From NCBI GenBank assembly GCA_028289375.1, contig JANQQK010000038.1, forward strand, positions 84,110 through 148,109: a stretch of DNA of 64,000 nucleotides, read 5' to 3'. The stretch comes from Phycisphaerae bacterium. GTDB lineage: Bacteria > Planctomycetota > Phycisphaerae > UBA1845. Positions 44,793 through 56,105 of the stretch are shown here, in pieces (positions within the stretch are counted from its first letter, which is position 1; each line of letters begins with the position of its first letter). The notes below the pieces were generated by a model. That model was given only the letters and a program-made list of their open reading frames with translations. It was not told the DNA's origin and searched no databases. The position numbers and the translations under genes are program-made.

Positions 44793-47765
44793 ATGCGACC
44801 GCGACAAGACCATTTGCAGGTTGATCCCGTGGCCTCAAGCAGCTCCAATCCCGCTTCCCTCCGTGTGCTCGGCGCCCGCCAGCACAATCTCAAGAATGTC
44901 GATGTGACATTCCCGAGACACGCCCTGAGCGTCGTCACGGGCTTGAGCGGATCAGGAAAAAGCTCTCTCGCCTTCGACACGATCTACGCCGAGGGCGAAC
45001 GCAAGTACGTCGAATCCCTCAGCACTTACGCCCGGCAATTCCTCGAACAGATGCCCAAGCCGGACGTCGATCGCATCGAGAACCTCAGCCCCACGATCGC
45101 CATCGAACAACATGGCAGCGTCGCCAGCCCGCGATCGACGGTGGCCACCACCACCGAGATCTACGATTTTCTTCGCATCCTCTTCTCGCAGGTCGGCACG
45201 CCGCATTGCCACATCTGTCGCCAGCCGATCCGCCGACACTCCGTTTCGCAGATGGTCGACGCCATTCTCGAACAACCGGAAGGGGCCAAACTGCTGATCG
45301 TCGCACCGACACCACCGGAAGACCCGGCCTCGCTTCTGGCCCGACTCGGCAAACAGGGATTCGTTCGCGTTCGACTCGACGGTGACGTGCGCCTGATCGA
45401 GGACGCCGAAGCGCTGCTCGATGAGTCGACCAACCCTTCCATTCAAGCCGTCATCGACCGCCTCATCATCAAGGAGCACATCGGGTCACGGTTGGCTGAC
45501 AGTCTGGAGATTGCACTCAAGGTCGGGCGCGGACGCGTCATCGCGGCGATCTCTGATAACGGCGCTCCCTATGTCGACCACCCGTTCAGCCTGCACCATG
45601 CCTGCCCGGCCCATCCGGAAATCTCGCTGCCCGAACTGACGCCGCGCGTGTTCAGTTTCAACTCGCCCTACGGCGCCTGCCCGGACTGCAACGGACTGGG
45701 CACGGTGCTGGAATTCGATCCCGACCTGATCATTCCCGATCGCGACCTCTCCCTCGAAGCCGGCGCGATCGCACCGTGGCAGCAAAGCGGCAAACGCAGC
45801 GCCAATCAGTACACACGCTTCATCGATACGTTCTGCAAGAAGCACAAGATTTCCGCCAAAGCCCCGTTCCGCAACATTCCCGACGAGCAGGTCAACTTGC
45901 TCCTGCACGGTGACCGTGACAACGACGACAACAACAAGACGGACATCACAGCCGTCATTCCCGAGCTACACCGCCGCTGGAAGAACACCGAATCTGAAGC
46001 CGTCAAACAACGTCTCCACCAGTTTCAATCGGAAGCGCCGTGTCACAGTTGCCATGGCGCGCGACTTCGCAAGGACATCCTCGCGGTCACCATCGCCGAT
46101 CGCAACGTGGCCGACATCTGCGACTTGTGCATCACCGACGCCCGCGTGTTTTTCGACGAACTCAGCTTCAGCGGCGAGCAGGCCATCATCGCCGAGCAAC
46201 CACTGCGTGAGATTCGCGCCCGCCTCGCATTCCTCGACGACGTCGGCGTGGGTTATCTTTCGCTCAGCCGCAATTCGGCCACGTTGTCGGGGGGCGAAGC
46301 TCAGCGTATCCAGCTGGCCACTCAAATCGGCAGCGGACTTGTCGGGATGTGCTATGTGCTCGACGAACCAACGATTGGCCTGCATCAGCGCGACAGCCGC
46401 AAACTCGTGACCACACTCCGTCGATTGGCCGACAGCGAAAACACCGTCATCGTTGTCGAACACGATGAAGACGTGATCGTGGCTGCCGACCACGTCGTCG
46501 ACATCGGACCCGGAGCAGGCGCTGCGGGCGGGGAAGTCATTTTTGAAGGTTCGCTCAAAGCGCTGATGGCGTGCGAGGAATCTTCCACCGGGCAATATCT
46601 GTCCGGCCACCTGAGCATTCCGGTTCCCACTGAGCGTCGTCCCGTTCGTGGCACCAACATGATCGAAATCCGCGACGCCACGGAGCACAACCTCAAGAGC
46701 ATTACGGCAAGATTTCCGACCGGCTGCTTCGTGTGCGTCACGGGCGTATCCGGCAGCGGCAAGAGCACGCTCGTGATGGACGTGCTGCACCGCACGCTCC
46801 ATCGCCGCATTTACGGCACCGGCCCCAAACCCGGTGCCCACCGCCAGATCGTAGGAGCCAATCGCGTGGACAAGATCATCCAGATCGACCAATCGCCGAT
46901 CGGAAGGTCACCACGCAGCAATCCGTCCACCTACGTCGGCGTCTTCGATCTGATCCGCAAGCTCTACGCCGACACGCGCGAAGCCAAAATCCGCGGGTTC
47001 GGACCGGGGCGATTCAGCTTCAACGTCAAGGGCGGTCGCTGCGAGGAATGCCAAGGCCAAGGTACCAAGCGCATCGAGATGCACTTCCTTCCCGACGTCT
47101 TCGTGGAATGCACCACCTGCCATGGCTCACGCTACAACCGCGAAACGCTCGAGGTTCGCTATCGCGGCAAGAGCATTGCCGATGTGCTTGAAATGCGCGT
47201 CGACGAAGCCATTCAGTTCTTCAAGAACTTCCCCAAGGTGAAGCAGCAACTGCGTGCGCTCGTCGACGTCGGACTTGGCTACGTCAAGCTCGGCCAATCA
47301 TCCACAACGTTGTCCGGCGGCGAAGCGCAACGCGTCAAACTCGCCGCCGAGCTGGGCAAGTCCGCCACCGGCGACACGCTGTACATTCTCGATGAACCCA
47401 CCACCGGCCTGCACTTTGCCGACATCCACCGCCTGCTCAACGTGCTCAACACGCTGGTCGCACTCGGCAACACGATCGTCGTCATCGAACACAACCTCGA
47501 CGTCATCAAGGTGGCGGACTGGGTGATCGACCTCGGTCCTGAAGGTGGCGAGGGTGGCGGCGAGATCATTGCCGAGGGTCGCCCGGAGGACATCATCAAG
47601 AACGAACGCAGCTATACCGGTCGCTATCTGAAGGACCGGCTTGAGGGCGTGCCACCGCTCGTGCTGGAAAAGTCCACCAAGAAGAGAAGGTCTAAGGCGA
47701 AGTCGAGCGAGCCAGCGAAGCGGAAGGCCAAACCTTCCCGCCGGCGTTCTTCAAAAACGTCGTGA
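44793..47765 (+). CDS. uvrA: Excinuclease ABC subunit A
   Basis: GLSGSGKSSLAFDTIYAEGERKYVESLSTYARQF, two ABC modules (LSGGEAQR twice) and Zn-finger Cys pairs. Ends in a Lys/Arg-rich tail. Confidence 0.95.
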   Translation: MRPRQDHLQVDPVASSSSNPASLRVLGARQHNLKNVDVTFPRHALSVVTGLSGSGKSSLAFDTIYAEGERKYVESLSTYARQFLEQMPKPDVDRIENLSPTIAIEQHGSVASPRSTVATTTEIYDFLRILFSQVGTPHCHICRQPIRRHSVSQMVDAILEQPEGAKLLIVAPTPPEDPASLLARLGKQGFVRVRLDGDVRLIEDAEALLDESTNPSIQAVIDRLIIKEHIGSRLADSLEIALKVGRGRVIAAISDNGAPYVDHPFSLHHACPAHPEISLPELTPRVFSFNSPYGACPDCNGLGTVLEFDPDLIIPDRDLSLEAGAIAPWQQSGKRSANQYTRFIDTFCKKHKISAKAPFRNIPDEQVNLLLHGDRDNDDNNKTDITAVIPELHRRWKNTESEAVKQRLHQFQSEAPCHSCHGARLRKDILAVTIADRNVADICDLCITDARVFFDELSFSGEQAIIAEQPLREIRARLAFLDDVGVGYLSLSRNSATLSGGEAQRIQLATQIGSGLVGMCYVLDEPTIGLHQRDSRKLVTTLRRLADSENTVIVVEHDEDVIVAADHVVDIGPGAGAAGGEVIFEGSLKALMACEESSTGQYLSGHLSIPVPTERRPVRGTNMIEIRDATEHNLKSITARFPTGCFVCVTGVSGSGKSTLVMDVLHRTLHRRIYGTGPKPGAHRQIVGANRVDKIIQIDQSPIGRSPRSNPSTYVGVFDLIRKLYADTREAKIRGFGPGRFSFNVKGGRCEECQGQGTKRIEMHFLPDVFVECTTCHGSRYNRETLEVRYRGKSIADVLEMRVDEAIQFFKNFPKVKQQLRALVDVGLGYVKLGQSSTTLSGGEAQRVKLAAELGKSATGDTLYILDEPTTGLHFADIHRLLNVLNTLVALGNTIVVIEHNLDVIKVADWVIDLGPEGGEGGGEIIAEGRPEDIIKNERSYTGRYLKDRLEGVPPLVLEKSTKKRRSKAKSSEPAKRKAKPSRRRSSKTS

Positions 47766-48144
47766 ACGCCGCGACGTCGTGATAGCCCGAGGCGCCGCTC
47801 ACACCCTCATCCGAACCCGACAGAACGACGAATGCGGGAATGGCCTCGACGTTGAATCGCTCCGCGAGCGGGTGATCGCGCGAGACGTCGATCTTCAAGG
47901 GTACAAATCGTTCGATCAGGGCCGCCACGTCCGAATCCGGGAAGACACGCTCGTCCATCTGTCGGCAATACAGGCAGCCATCGGTTGTGAACCACACCAA
48001 CACACCGGTTCGTCGTTCACCCGCCTCCGCCAAAGCAGCCTGCACATCGCTTCGCCATTCAACCGTCGAGGCAGCCGGCTGACGAATCGCCATCGCGGCC
48101 AGGAACGCCACCATCCCGATCGCCAACACCCAGAAACGTGCCAT
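47692..48144 (-). CDS. Thioredoxin-fold protein with an N-terminal membrane anchor or signal
   Basis: MARFWVLAIGMVAFLAAMA anchor. VLVWFTTDGCLYCRQMD carries a CxxC motif in a thioredoxin-like context. Its 3' end overlaps uvrA by 74 nt. Confidence 0.75.
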   Translation of the reverse strand: MARFWVLAIGMVAFLAAMAIRQPAASTVEWRSDVQAALAEAGERRTGVLVWFTTDGCLYCRQMDERVFPDSDVAALIERFVPLKIDVSRDHPLAERFNVEAIPAFVVLSGSDEGVSGASGYHDVAAFTTFLKNAGGKVWPSASLARSTSP

Positions 48145-48208
48145 GACTCTTCCTCGCGAAACGGACTTCGGAACAAACCCACGGTATCAAACCGACATCG
48201 ACGGGATT

Positions 48209-51019
48209 TCATTCCCCTGGAATGTACGATTCGTCCGGCGTTCCACCGAAGACGGCTTGAAACCGACCAAAGTCGACAAGGTCCGCATCGCCGTCGCGAT
48301 CGAAGTCGAACGCGTCCACGCACAACGATGGACATGTCTGACCCAATGTCCCCGTCTGACATTCCACCAGCGTCGCAAAATCTGAAAGACCCACCGATGC
48401 GTCGCCGTTGCTGTCACCGGTTGACACGCAGGCGTCACCGACGCCGTTTCCATCGCAGTCGGCCTGATCGGTGTTGGCCATGGCAGCGCAGTTATCGCAC
48501 CCATCCTGCACGCCGTCGATGTCCCCATCGTCGCCGACGGTTGTGTAGAAGAACGCTGCCCCAGCCTCGGCTCCAGCCAGCTCGTTGAAGCGCGAGCCGA
48601 CCAGCACCCAGTCGCCGTCGACTGCCACGGCACGACCGAACTGTTCATCTTCGACGATGTCGGCGTGAACAAGAGCGGTCCGCTCGTTCCAGTTCTTGCC
48701 ATCAAATGCATACATGTAGGCCGCCCCGCCATCGTCGGCGCCGAAGTTTGACAGCTGCGAGCCCACAACAATGTTCGTTCCGTGCACGGCGACGTCCGTC
48801 CCGAATCGGTAGAAATTGCCGATGTCGGACGGCTCGAGACGTTGCGTTTCAGTCCACAGACCGGATGCGGGATCGTAGGCGAACACATGCGCCGCCCCCG
48901 CGTCACTGATGGTGATACTTGTCTGATGGGCGCCGATGACAGCAACATTCCCATTGACTCCGACGGCAATGCCAAACTGCTGAAACGGCGCTGCGTCCAC
49001 CGTTGTCAGTTTCTGCTGCTCAACCCATGCGCCGGCGATGTATCGGAACACGTAGGCTGACCCCGAGCTTGTCCCGCCGTCGTCATCACGCCAAGCGCCG
49101 ATCAGCAGCACATCACGGTCTGCGGAAACCGACTGCCCGAATTCATCCCGTGCTACCGTGTCACCACCAACAAACTTATCCTCCTCGATCCACTGGCCTG
49201 TCGTCGCGTCGAAGCGATACACGTAGACCGCTCCGGACCGGTCCCCGACTGCATCATGCGTCGGTGCGGTCACGGCGATCATGTCACCATGTGTGGCCAC
49301 GTCGTACCCAAACGCATCAAACGTTCCGCCGTCCGACGCAACCAACTTCTGTTCAAACTGCCATTGTTCATCGCCTTCGTCATAACGGTACACGTACGCA
49401 GCACCGCCATCGGGTGCGACGCTGTCTTCCGTGGGTGCACCGACGACGATCACGTCGTCGATGGCCACGGAAAATCCGAAGTCATCAAACACCGCGCCGT
49501 CGGCGGCTTCGATTAACTGCCGTTCCATCCACACCCCGTCCGCGTTTTCCAGCACATAAGCAACACCCGACGCAGCCGATCCGCCATTGCCGAAGCGGGC
49601 CCCGACGACGGCAGTTCGGCCTCTCAGATCCACCGAATGCCCATACCGACTCAATGGTGTCGCAATTGACGCTCCGACCCGCTGGCGCTCGCATGCCAGT
49701 ATCTCGACGACGCACGCATCGCCCACGCTGTCGTCGTTCGCATCCATCTGATCGACGTTGAACACCAACGGGCAATTGTCGCAGAGATCGAACACACCAT
49801 CGCGGTCCACATCGTTGGCCACGACGAACACACTCGCCATTCCCGATGCCGTGCCCACGCCATTTGTCACGGGTGCCCCCGCAGCCGCCACCACACCATC
49901 CAACGCAACGGATCGCCCCAAACGCGAACCAGCCGCTCCTTCCCGGCGATCGACACTCACCCACCGGTCCAGCCCCGCGTCGAATTCAAAGACATGCACG
50001 ACACCCGCATCGCCCGGACCAGCCAACTCCGCACCAACCAACGCCCGATTCCCCGACAGCGCGACACCGCCTCCAAAAAAGCCGAAGGCTGCGGGATCGT
50101 CCGCACTTAGGGTTTGCTCCGACTGCCACGTCTCACCATCCCACTGGAAGACGTAGGCTGTACCACTTGGAACACCAGCCTGGTCATCAAACGGTGCACC
50201 GACGATGACGCGGTCATCCGACTTCGCAACCGCCGATCCAAATCGTGCAAAGGGCGCAACGCCGTCACCGGTCAACGTCTGCTCGAACTGCCACAGGTTG
50301 GATGATTCATCAAATCGGTAGATGGTCGCCGCACCCGACTCAGACCCGTCCGAGTCATTACCGGGTCGTCCGACAACAAGCACGCCCCCACGAAGCGCCA
50401 CAGCCGCCCCGAAATCCAACTCGGATTCGTCGGCCAAGAAACGTTGATGGAATGTCCACCCAACGCCGTCTTCGAATCGAAAGATCTCAACGGCGCCATC
50501 GCCGATCGCGTCCCCTGGCGCACCAACCGCAAGCCACATACCCTCGACGGCGACCGCTTGGCCAAACCGTGTCAGGTCGCCCGATATCGCCGACGGCTGC
50601 AGTGTCGTCTCAAATGCAACAAGCCCCGTGTCGTCATCCCAGCGAAAGACCCCGACCCGCCCATCGAGCGCGCCATCGGGCGCTCCGCCAACAATCCACA
50701 AACCATCGGTCGCCACCGACGCGCCGAAAAACGACTCCGCGTCACCATCAGCCAGCCCGATCGAATCAACCCATACCAGCCCACCCTGCTGCGCCGTGTA
50801 CACGTGCACCGCACCGGCATCGTCGACGGTTGCGTCCCCAAGGAGCGCCCCGACCACGACCAACTCGTCACGCACTGCGACGCTCGTGCCGAACTGATTA
50901 CCCCCACCCGGAATCGGCTCCTTCAGCGACGCCAGTTCGCAGGCGGACGCCCCGGCGACCACGCTCAAACCCAACGCAACGACAGTGTGTCGCCAGCATA
51001 TTCCGGACGTTCCGATCAT
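48209..51019 (-). CDS. Large secreted FG-GAP repeat protein with thrombospondin-type-3-like motifs and a dockerin-like tail
   Basis: Many repeats of FG.SVA..GD..VVGAP...D....G..Y+F. CDNCPLVFNVDQMDANDDSVGDAC and CDNCAAMANTDQADCDGNGVGDAC. C-terminal DFDRDGDADLVDF. Confidence 0.88.
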   Translation of the reverse strand: MIGTSGICWRHTVVALGLSVVAGASACELASLKEPIPGGGNQFGTSVAVRDELVVVGALLGDATVDDAGAVHVYTAQQGGLVWVDSIGLADGDAESFFGASVATDGLWIVGGAPDGALDGRVGVFRWDDDTGLVAFETTLQPSAISGDLTRFGQAVAVEGMWLAVGAPGDAIGDGAVEIFRFEDGVGWTFHQRFLADESELDFGAAVALRGGVLVVGRPGNDSDGSESGAATIYRFDESSNLWQFEQTLTGDGVAPFARFGSAVAKSDDRVIVGAPFDDQAGVPSGTAYVFQWDGETWQSEQTLSADDPAAFGFFGGGVALSGNRALVGAELAGPGDAGVVHVFEFDAGLDRWVSVDRREGAAGSRLGRSVALDGVVAAAGAPVTNGVGTASGMASVFVVANDVDRDGVFDLCDNCPLVFNVDQMDANDDSVGDACVVEILACERQRVGASIATPLSRYGHSVDLRGRTAVVGARFGNGGSAASGVAYVLENADGVWMERQLIEAADGAVFDDFGFSVAIDDVIVVGAPTEDSVAPDGGAAYVYRYDEGDEQWQFEQKLVASDGGTFDAFGYDVATHGDMIAVTAPTHDAVGDRSGAVYVYRFDATTGQWIEEDKFVGGDTVARDEFGQSVSADRDVLLIGAWRDDDGGTSSGSAYVFRYIAGAWVEQQKLTTVDAAPFQQFGIAVGVNGNVAVIGAHQTSITISDAGAAHVFAYDPASGLWTETQRLEPSDIGNFYRFGTDVAVHGTNIVVGSQLSNFGADDGGAAYMYAFDGKNWNERTALVHADIVEDEQFGRAVAVDGDWVLVGSRFNELAGAEAGAAFFYTTVGDDGDIDGVQDGCDNCAAMANTDQADCDGNGVGDACVSTGDSNGDASVGLSDFATLVECQTGTLGQTCPSLCVDAFDFDRDGDADLVDFGRFQAVFGGTPDESYIPGE

Positions 51020-51148
51020 CGTTACATCGTAGCGTCCGCGAACCCCCCAATCGCCGCATAAATCACGATTTAATTCAAGCTGACAAAATTCCGGCGAGAG
51101 CGTTAGCAGACCCTTCGCCTGCCTTGATTCAGCGTGATTATGGGACTC

Positions 51149-51188
51149 GTTGCAACATTAACCAACACAGACTAACGGGCGTTGCAAC
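51149..51188. promoter_or_regulatory. Two copies of the 8-bp palindrome GTTGCAAC, 32 bp apart, in a divergent intergenic region
   Basis: GTTGCAAC at 51149-51156 and 51181-51188, between the FG-GAP gene start (51019, minus) and the HDOD-GGDEF gene start (51295, plus). Confidence 0.3.
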
Positions 51189-51294
51189 GCGCGACGATGT
51201 GTGGGTACCAGCCGCAAGCTGCAAGTCGGGTCTCCCGCTGGCGTGGCGGCGAGAATCGATCAGTCTGGTCACACTGGGGGGCATCTTCAGCACA

Positions 51295-52929
51295 ATGACG
51301 CCATTCGATGGACAAGCTGTCGGCACCAGCGCCATCAACGCTGTATCTGGTGCACCTGCACCAAACACGACGATTGTTGATCTCAATCTTGCGGATCGTA
51401 TTCGGGGCGTGACGTACCTGCCGATTCCCAAGCGCGTGGCCCATCACGTGCTTCACCTTGGCAGCAACCATGACAGCACCCTCAGCAGCGTGACGAACGC
51501 CCTTACGTCGGACGCCTCCATGTCCGCACTGTTGCTGTCCCTGGCCAATCAGCCGCCCTTCAGCATGGACCGCTCCGCCACCAAGCTCTCAGCCATCACC
51601 GACCAGTTCGGTTTTGAAATCATCAATTCACTGAGCATAACCTACGCGCTGGTCGGACGATTTAACCAGACCGCCGTGCCTGCTGAACTCCACACCGCCG
51701 CGTGGACCGCATCATTGTTCAAGGCCGTGATGGCCGAGCAGTTCATCATGCTGACCAACCCGATTTTGCGTGAAGAGGCCTACCTCTGCGGTTTGCTTCA
51801 GAACATCATGGTTCCGTGGATGATCGCCCAATTACCGGATGGTGCATCCGATGTCGCAGCCGTGGCATTGGCATTCCGCGACTCGGCATCGCAACGGTGT
51901 GTTTTCGGAAGCGATCATGCCCAGCTTGGCGGCCGGTATACCCAACGCCTCGGACTACCTGACGTCTATCGGGACGTCATCACCCATCAGAATGACCGTG
52001 ACATACTGGCCGATCGCGTGGGAGACAGAATGTTGATCGAGGCGGTTCTGCTCGCGACGGAGGTTCCGGTGTTGTTGGACCACCACCGCCAGGACCAGCT
52101 CACGGAACTTCGAATGCGGGTGGAGGGCACGCTGACGGCGTGCGGCATCGACCCGGACGAATACTGGAACCATGTCCGCATGCAGTTCGACTCCATTCAA
52201 GAGCCGATGCAGCGGGACGCACAAGACGGAAACACCGAAGACCTCCTGGACACCGCCGCCGTCACGCTCGCGTCGGGCGTGGGCATTCTCGTGCGCAACA
52301 TGTCATCCGTGCTCACGCAGTCCAAGGACATCGCCGCAAAGGTCACCGGCCTGCGTTCGCAATGCGACCAGCTCGAAACAAAGGCGACCCGCGATCAGTT
52401 GACGACCATCCTGAACCGAGCCGGCTTCACGGAGTTGGCCGAAAAACGCATCAAGGATGCCGGCTTTCTCAATGTCCCAATCGCACTGGCGTACTACGAT
52501 TGCAACAAGTTCAAGCAGATCAACGACAACTACGGGCATGACTACGGCGATCAGGCACTCATGATCGCAGCCAACGCCATGTCCAAGGCGGCCCGAAAAT
52601 TCGACGTCGTCGGACGGCTGGGTGGCGATGAATTCGTCATGCTTCTGTTCGATCGCGCGCGCGACGAAACGATGGCTGTGGTTCGCGACGTTCTCGCAGA
52701 TGTCGCGTCGCAAACGATCTCCGCCAGCAATGCGACCATCAGCTTCTCACTGAGCGCCGGGGTCACGTACGTCCCACCCCCAACCGGGTCATGCACACTG
52801 GACGAGCTTTTGAAACAGTCGGACGCGCTGATGTACAACGCCAAACGCAGCGACGGCGAGAAAATCCGCATCGAGGATGTCGTCGCAGCGGACGACAGTG
52901 AGGCGGAGTCTGTGGCTTCGACATGTTAG
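51295..52929 (+). CDS. HDOD domain-containing diguanylate cyclase (GGDEF)
   Basis: The N-terminal region is HDOD-like (TLSSVTNALTSDASMSALLLSLANQPPF). The C-terminal region is GGDEF (LNRAGF, YDCNKFKQINDNYGHDYGDQAL, GRLGGDEFVML). The upstream 350 codons of the track ORF are an antisense artefact. Confidence 0.85.
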   Translation: MTPFDGQAVGTSAINAVSGAPAPNTTIVDLNLADRIRGVTYLPIPKRVAHHVLHLGSNHDSTLSSVTNALTSDASMSALLLSLANQPPFSMDRSATKLSAITDQFGFEIINSLSITYALVGRFNQTAVPAELHTAAWTASLFKAVMAEQFIMLTNPILREEAYLCGLLQNIMVPWMIAQLPDGASDVAAVALAFRDSASQRCVFGSDHAQLGGRYTQRLGLPDVYRDVITHQNDRDILADRVGDRMLIEAVLLATEVPVLLDHHRQDQLTELRMRVEGTLTACGIDPDEYWNHVRMQFDSIQEPMQRDAQDGNTEDLLDTAAVTLASGVGILVRNMSSVLTQSKDIAAKVTGLRSQCDQLETKATRDQLTTILNRAGFTELAEKRIKDAGFLNVPIALAYYDCNKFKQINDNYGHDYGDQALMIAANAMSKAARKFDVVGRLGGDEFVMLLFDRARDETMAVVRDVLADVASQTISASNATISFSLSAGVTYVPPPTGSCTLDELLKQSDALMYNAKRSDGEKIRIEDVVAADDSEAESVASTC

Positions 52930-52969
52930 AAGACCTACGCATCGAACGAATTTCCACCCGAAATCACCT

Positions 52970-52985
52970 TAGTGCACTTGCACTA
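52970..52985. promoter_or_regulatory. 16-bp palindrome TAGTGCActTGCACTA upstream of aceB (candidate operator)
   Basis: Perfect 7-bp arms with a 2-bp spacer, 78 nt upstream of the aceB ATG. It is nested inside a wider inverted repeat: GAATTTCCAC (52948-52957) and GTGGAAATCC (53012-53021). Confidence 0.35.
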
Positions 52986-53062
52986 ATTCCGATGAGATGG
53001 CATACTGGTGCGTGGAAATCCATGACAATCAGGCCGGGATGCAGAACGGAGGTTCCGTCGAT

Positions 53063-54673
53063 ATGACACCCACGACACCTGCTGTTGATCAGCGTCGCGT
53101 CCGCATACTGGCCGACCTTCCCGGTCCACAATCCGAAGTCCTCACGCCCGACGCGGTGGCGTTCCTCGCCGACCTGCATCGGCAGTTCAACGCGCGTCGC
53201 CTCGAACTGCTCGAGCAGCGACGCGTGCGTCAGGCGAAACTCGACGCCGGCCAATTGCCAACTTTTCTCGCAGAAACACGAAGTGTTCGCGATGGCGACT
53301 GGAAGGTCGCGCCAATCCCGTCTGACCTGCAGGACCGACGCGTTGAAATTACCGGCCCCACAGAACGCAAAATGGTCATCAACGCCCTCAACAGCGGCGC
53401 CAAGTGTTTCATGGCCGACTTCGAGGACTCCAACTCCCCGACGTGGGCCAACATGATCGAAGGACAGATCAATCTTCGCGACGCCGTACGCCGCACGATC
53501 ACGTTCACGAGTCCCGAAGGCAAGCACTACGAGTTGAATAGTGCGATCGCAACATTGCTCGTCCGTCCACGCGGTTGGCATCTGCCCGAACGCAACGTGC
53601 TGATCGACGATGAACCGATGAGCGGCAGCCTCGTCGACTTCGGACTCTTCTTCTTCCACAACGCCCAATACCTTCTCGACCATGGATCAGGACCGTACTT
53701 CTACCTGCCGAAACTCGAGAACCATCTCGAAGCACGCCTGTGGAACGACGTCTTCAACTTCGCGCAGGACGCATTGAACATTCCGCGCGGGTCGATTCGC
53801 GCGACCGTCCTCATCGAGACGATCCTCGCCACGTTTGAAACCGACGAGATCCTTTACGAACTGCGCGATCACTCCGCCGGCCTGAACTGCGGACGATGGG
53901 ACTACATCTTCAGTTTCATCAAGCGCTTCAGAAACAGCCCCGACCGCGTGCTGCCGGACCGCGCACAGGTGACGATGACGTCGCCGTTCATGCGGGCGTA
54001 TGCGTTGAACGTGATCAAGACCTGTCACCGCCGAGGCATCCACGCGATGGGCGGGATGGCGGCCCAGATTCCAATCAAGACCGATCCGGACGCCAACGAC
54101 GCTGCCATCGCCAAGGTCCGTGCCGACAAGGAGCGCGAAGCAGCGGATGGCCACGACGGCACGTGGGTCGCTCATCCGGGATTGGTGCCGCTCGCCATGG
54201 ATATCTTCAACGAGAAGATGCCGACGCCGAATCAGATCGATCGTCAGCGCGACGATGTGGACGTCACGCCTGATGAACTGTTGTCCGTCCCCGAGGGCAC
54301 GATCACCGAAGACGGTCTGCGTACCAACATCAGCGTCGGGGTGCAGTACATGGAAGCATGGCTTCGCGGTAATGGCTGCGTCCCGCTGTACAACCTGATG
54401 GAGGACGCCGCGACGGCGGAAATTTCCCGCACGCAGGTGTGGCAGTGGATCAAATATGACCAGGGCGTGCTCGATGATGGTCGGAAGATCACGGTCGATC
54501 TGTTCCGCACGCTGCTCAAAGACGAAATGGAAAAACTGAAATTCGAGCTTGGCGGGGATTTCTTCGCCAACGGCAAGTACCAGCAGGCGGCGGACTTGTT
54601 CGATCGCATCAGCACCGCCGAAACGTTGGAAGAGTTTCTCACACTTCCCGCATACGAGAGCCTCGAGGGGTAG
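53063..54673 (+). CDS. aceB: Malate synthase A
   Basis: [22 protein letters not shown], and [16 protein letters not shown] lies upstream of the ATG at 53063. Confidence 0.92.
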   Translation: MTPTTPAVDQRRVRILADLPGPQSEVLTPDAVAFLADLHRQFNARRLELLEQRRVRQAKLDAGQLPTFLAETRSVRDGDWKVAPIPSDLQDRRVEITGPTERKMVINALNSGAKCFMADFEDSNSPTWANMIEGQINLRDAVRRTITFTSPEGKHYELNSAIATLLVRPRGWHLPERNVLIDDEPMSGSLVDFGLFFFHNAQYLLDHGSGPYFYLPKLENHLEARLWNDVFNFAQDALNIPRGSIRATVLIETILATFETDEILYELRDHSAGLNCGRWDYIFSFIKRFRNSPDRVLPDRAQVTMTSPFMRAYALNVIKTCHRRGIHAMGGMAAQIPIKTDPDANDAAIAKVRADKEREAADGHDGTWVAHPGLVPLAMDIFNEKMPTPNQIDRQRDDVDVTPDELLSVPEGTITEDGLRTNISVGVQYMEAWLRGNGCVPLYNLMEDAATAEISRTQVWQWIKYDQGVLDDGRKITVDLFRTLLKDEMEKLKFELGGDFFANGKYQQAADLFDRISTAETLEEFLTLPAYESLEG

Positions 54674-54692
54674 AACGGAAGGAGTCACGACC

Positions 54693-55979
<1,287 letters not shown>

Positions 55980-56011
55980 GCGCGCAGCTCAACGCAACCA
56001 TCAACCGACGG

Positions 56012-56053
56012 GCATCGACGCAATCCAACCGCGTCGATGCCTGTTTTCATTTG
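56012..56053 (+). terminator. Rho-independent terminator after aceA
   Basis: GGCATCGACGC-aatccaacc-GCGTCGATGCC (11-bp perfect stem), followed by TGTTTTCATTT. Confidence 0.8.
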
Positions 56054-56105
56054 GTGAACACTCGCGCTTTTCATGCGTGGTGCCTTCGACTATCAATCGG
56101 GCATC

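Noticed and set aside
50245-51294. The first 350 codons of the 894-aa plus-strand ORF that continues into the GGDEF gene
   Set aside because: This part is antisense to the FG-GAP gene and Arg/Pro-rich. Protein-like sequence (HDOD) begins only after the ATG at 51295, which lies in the intergenic region.
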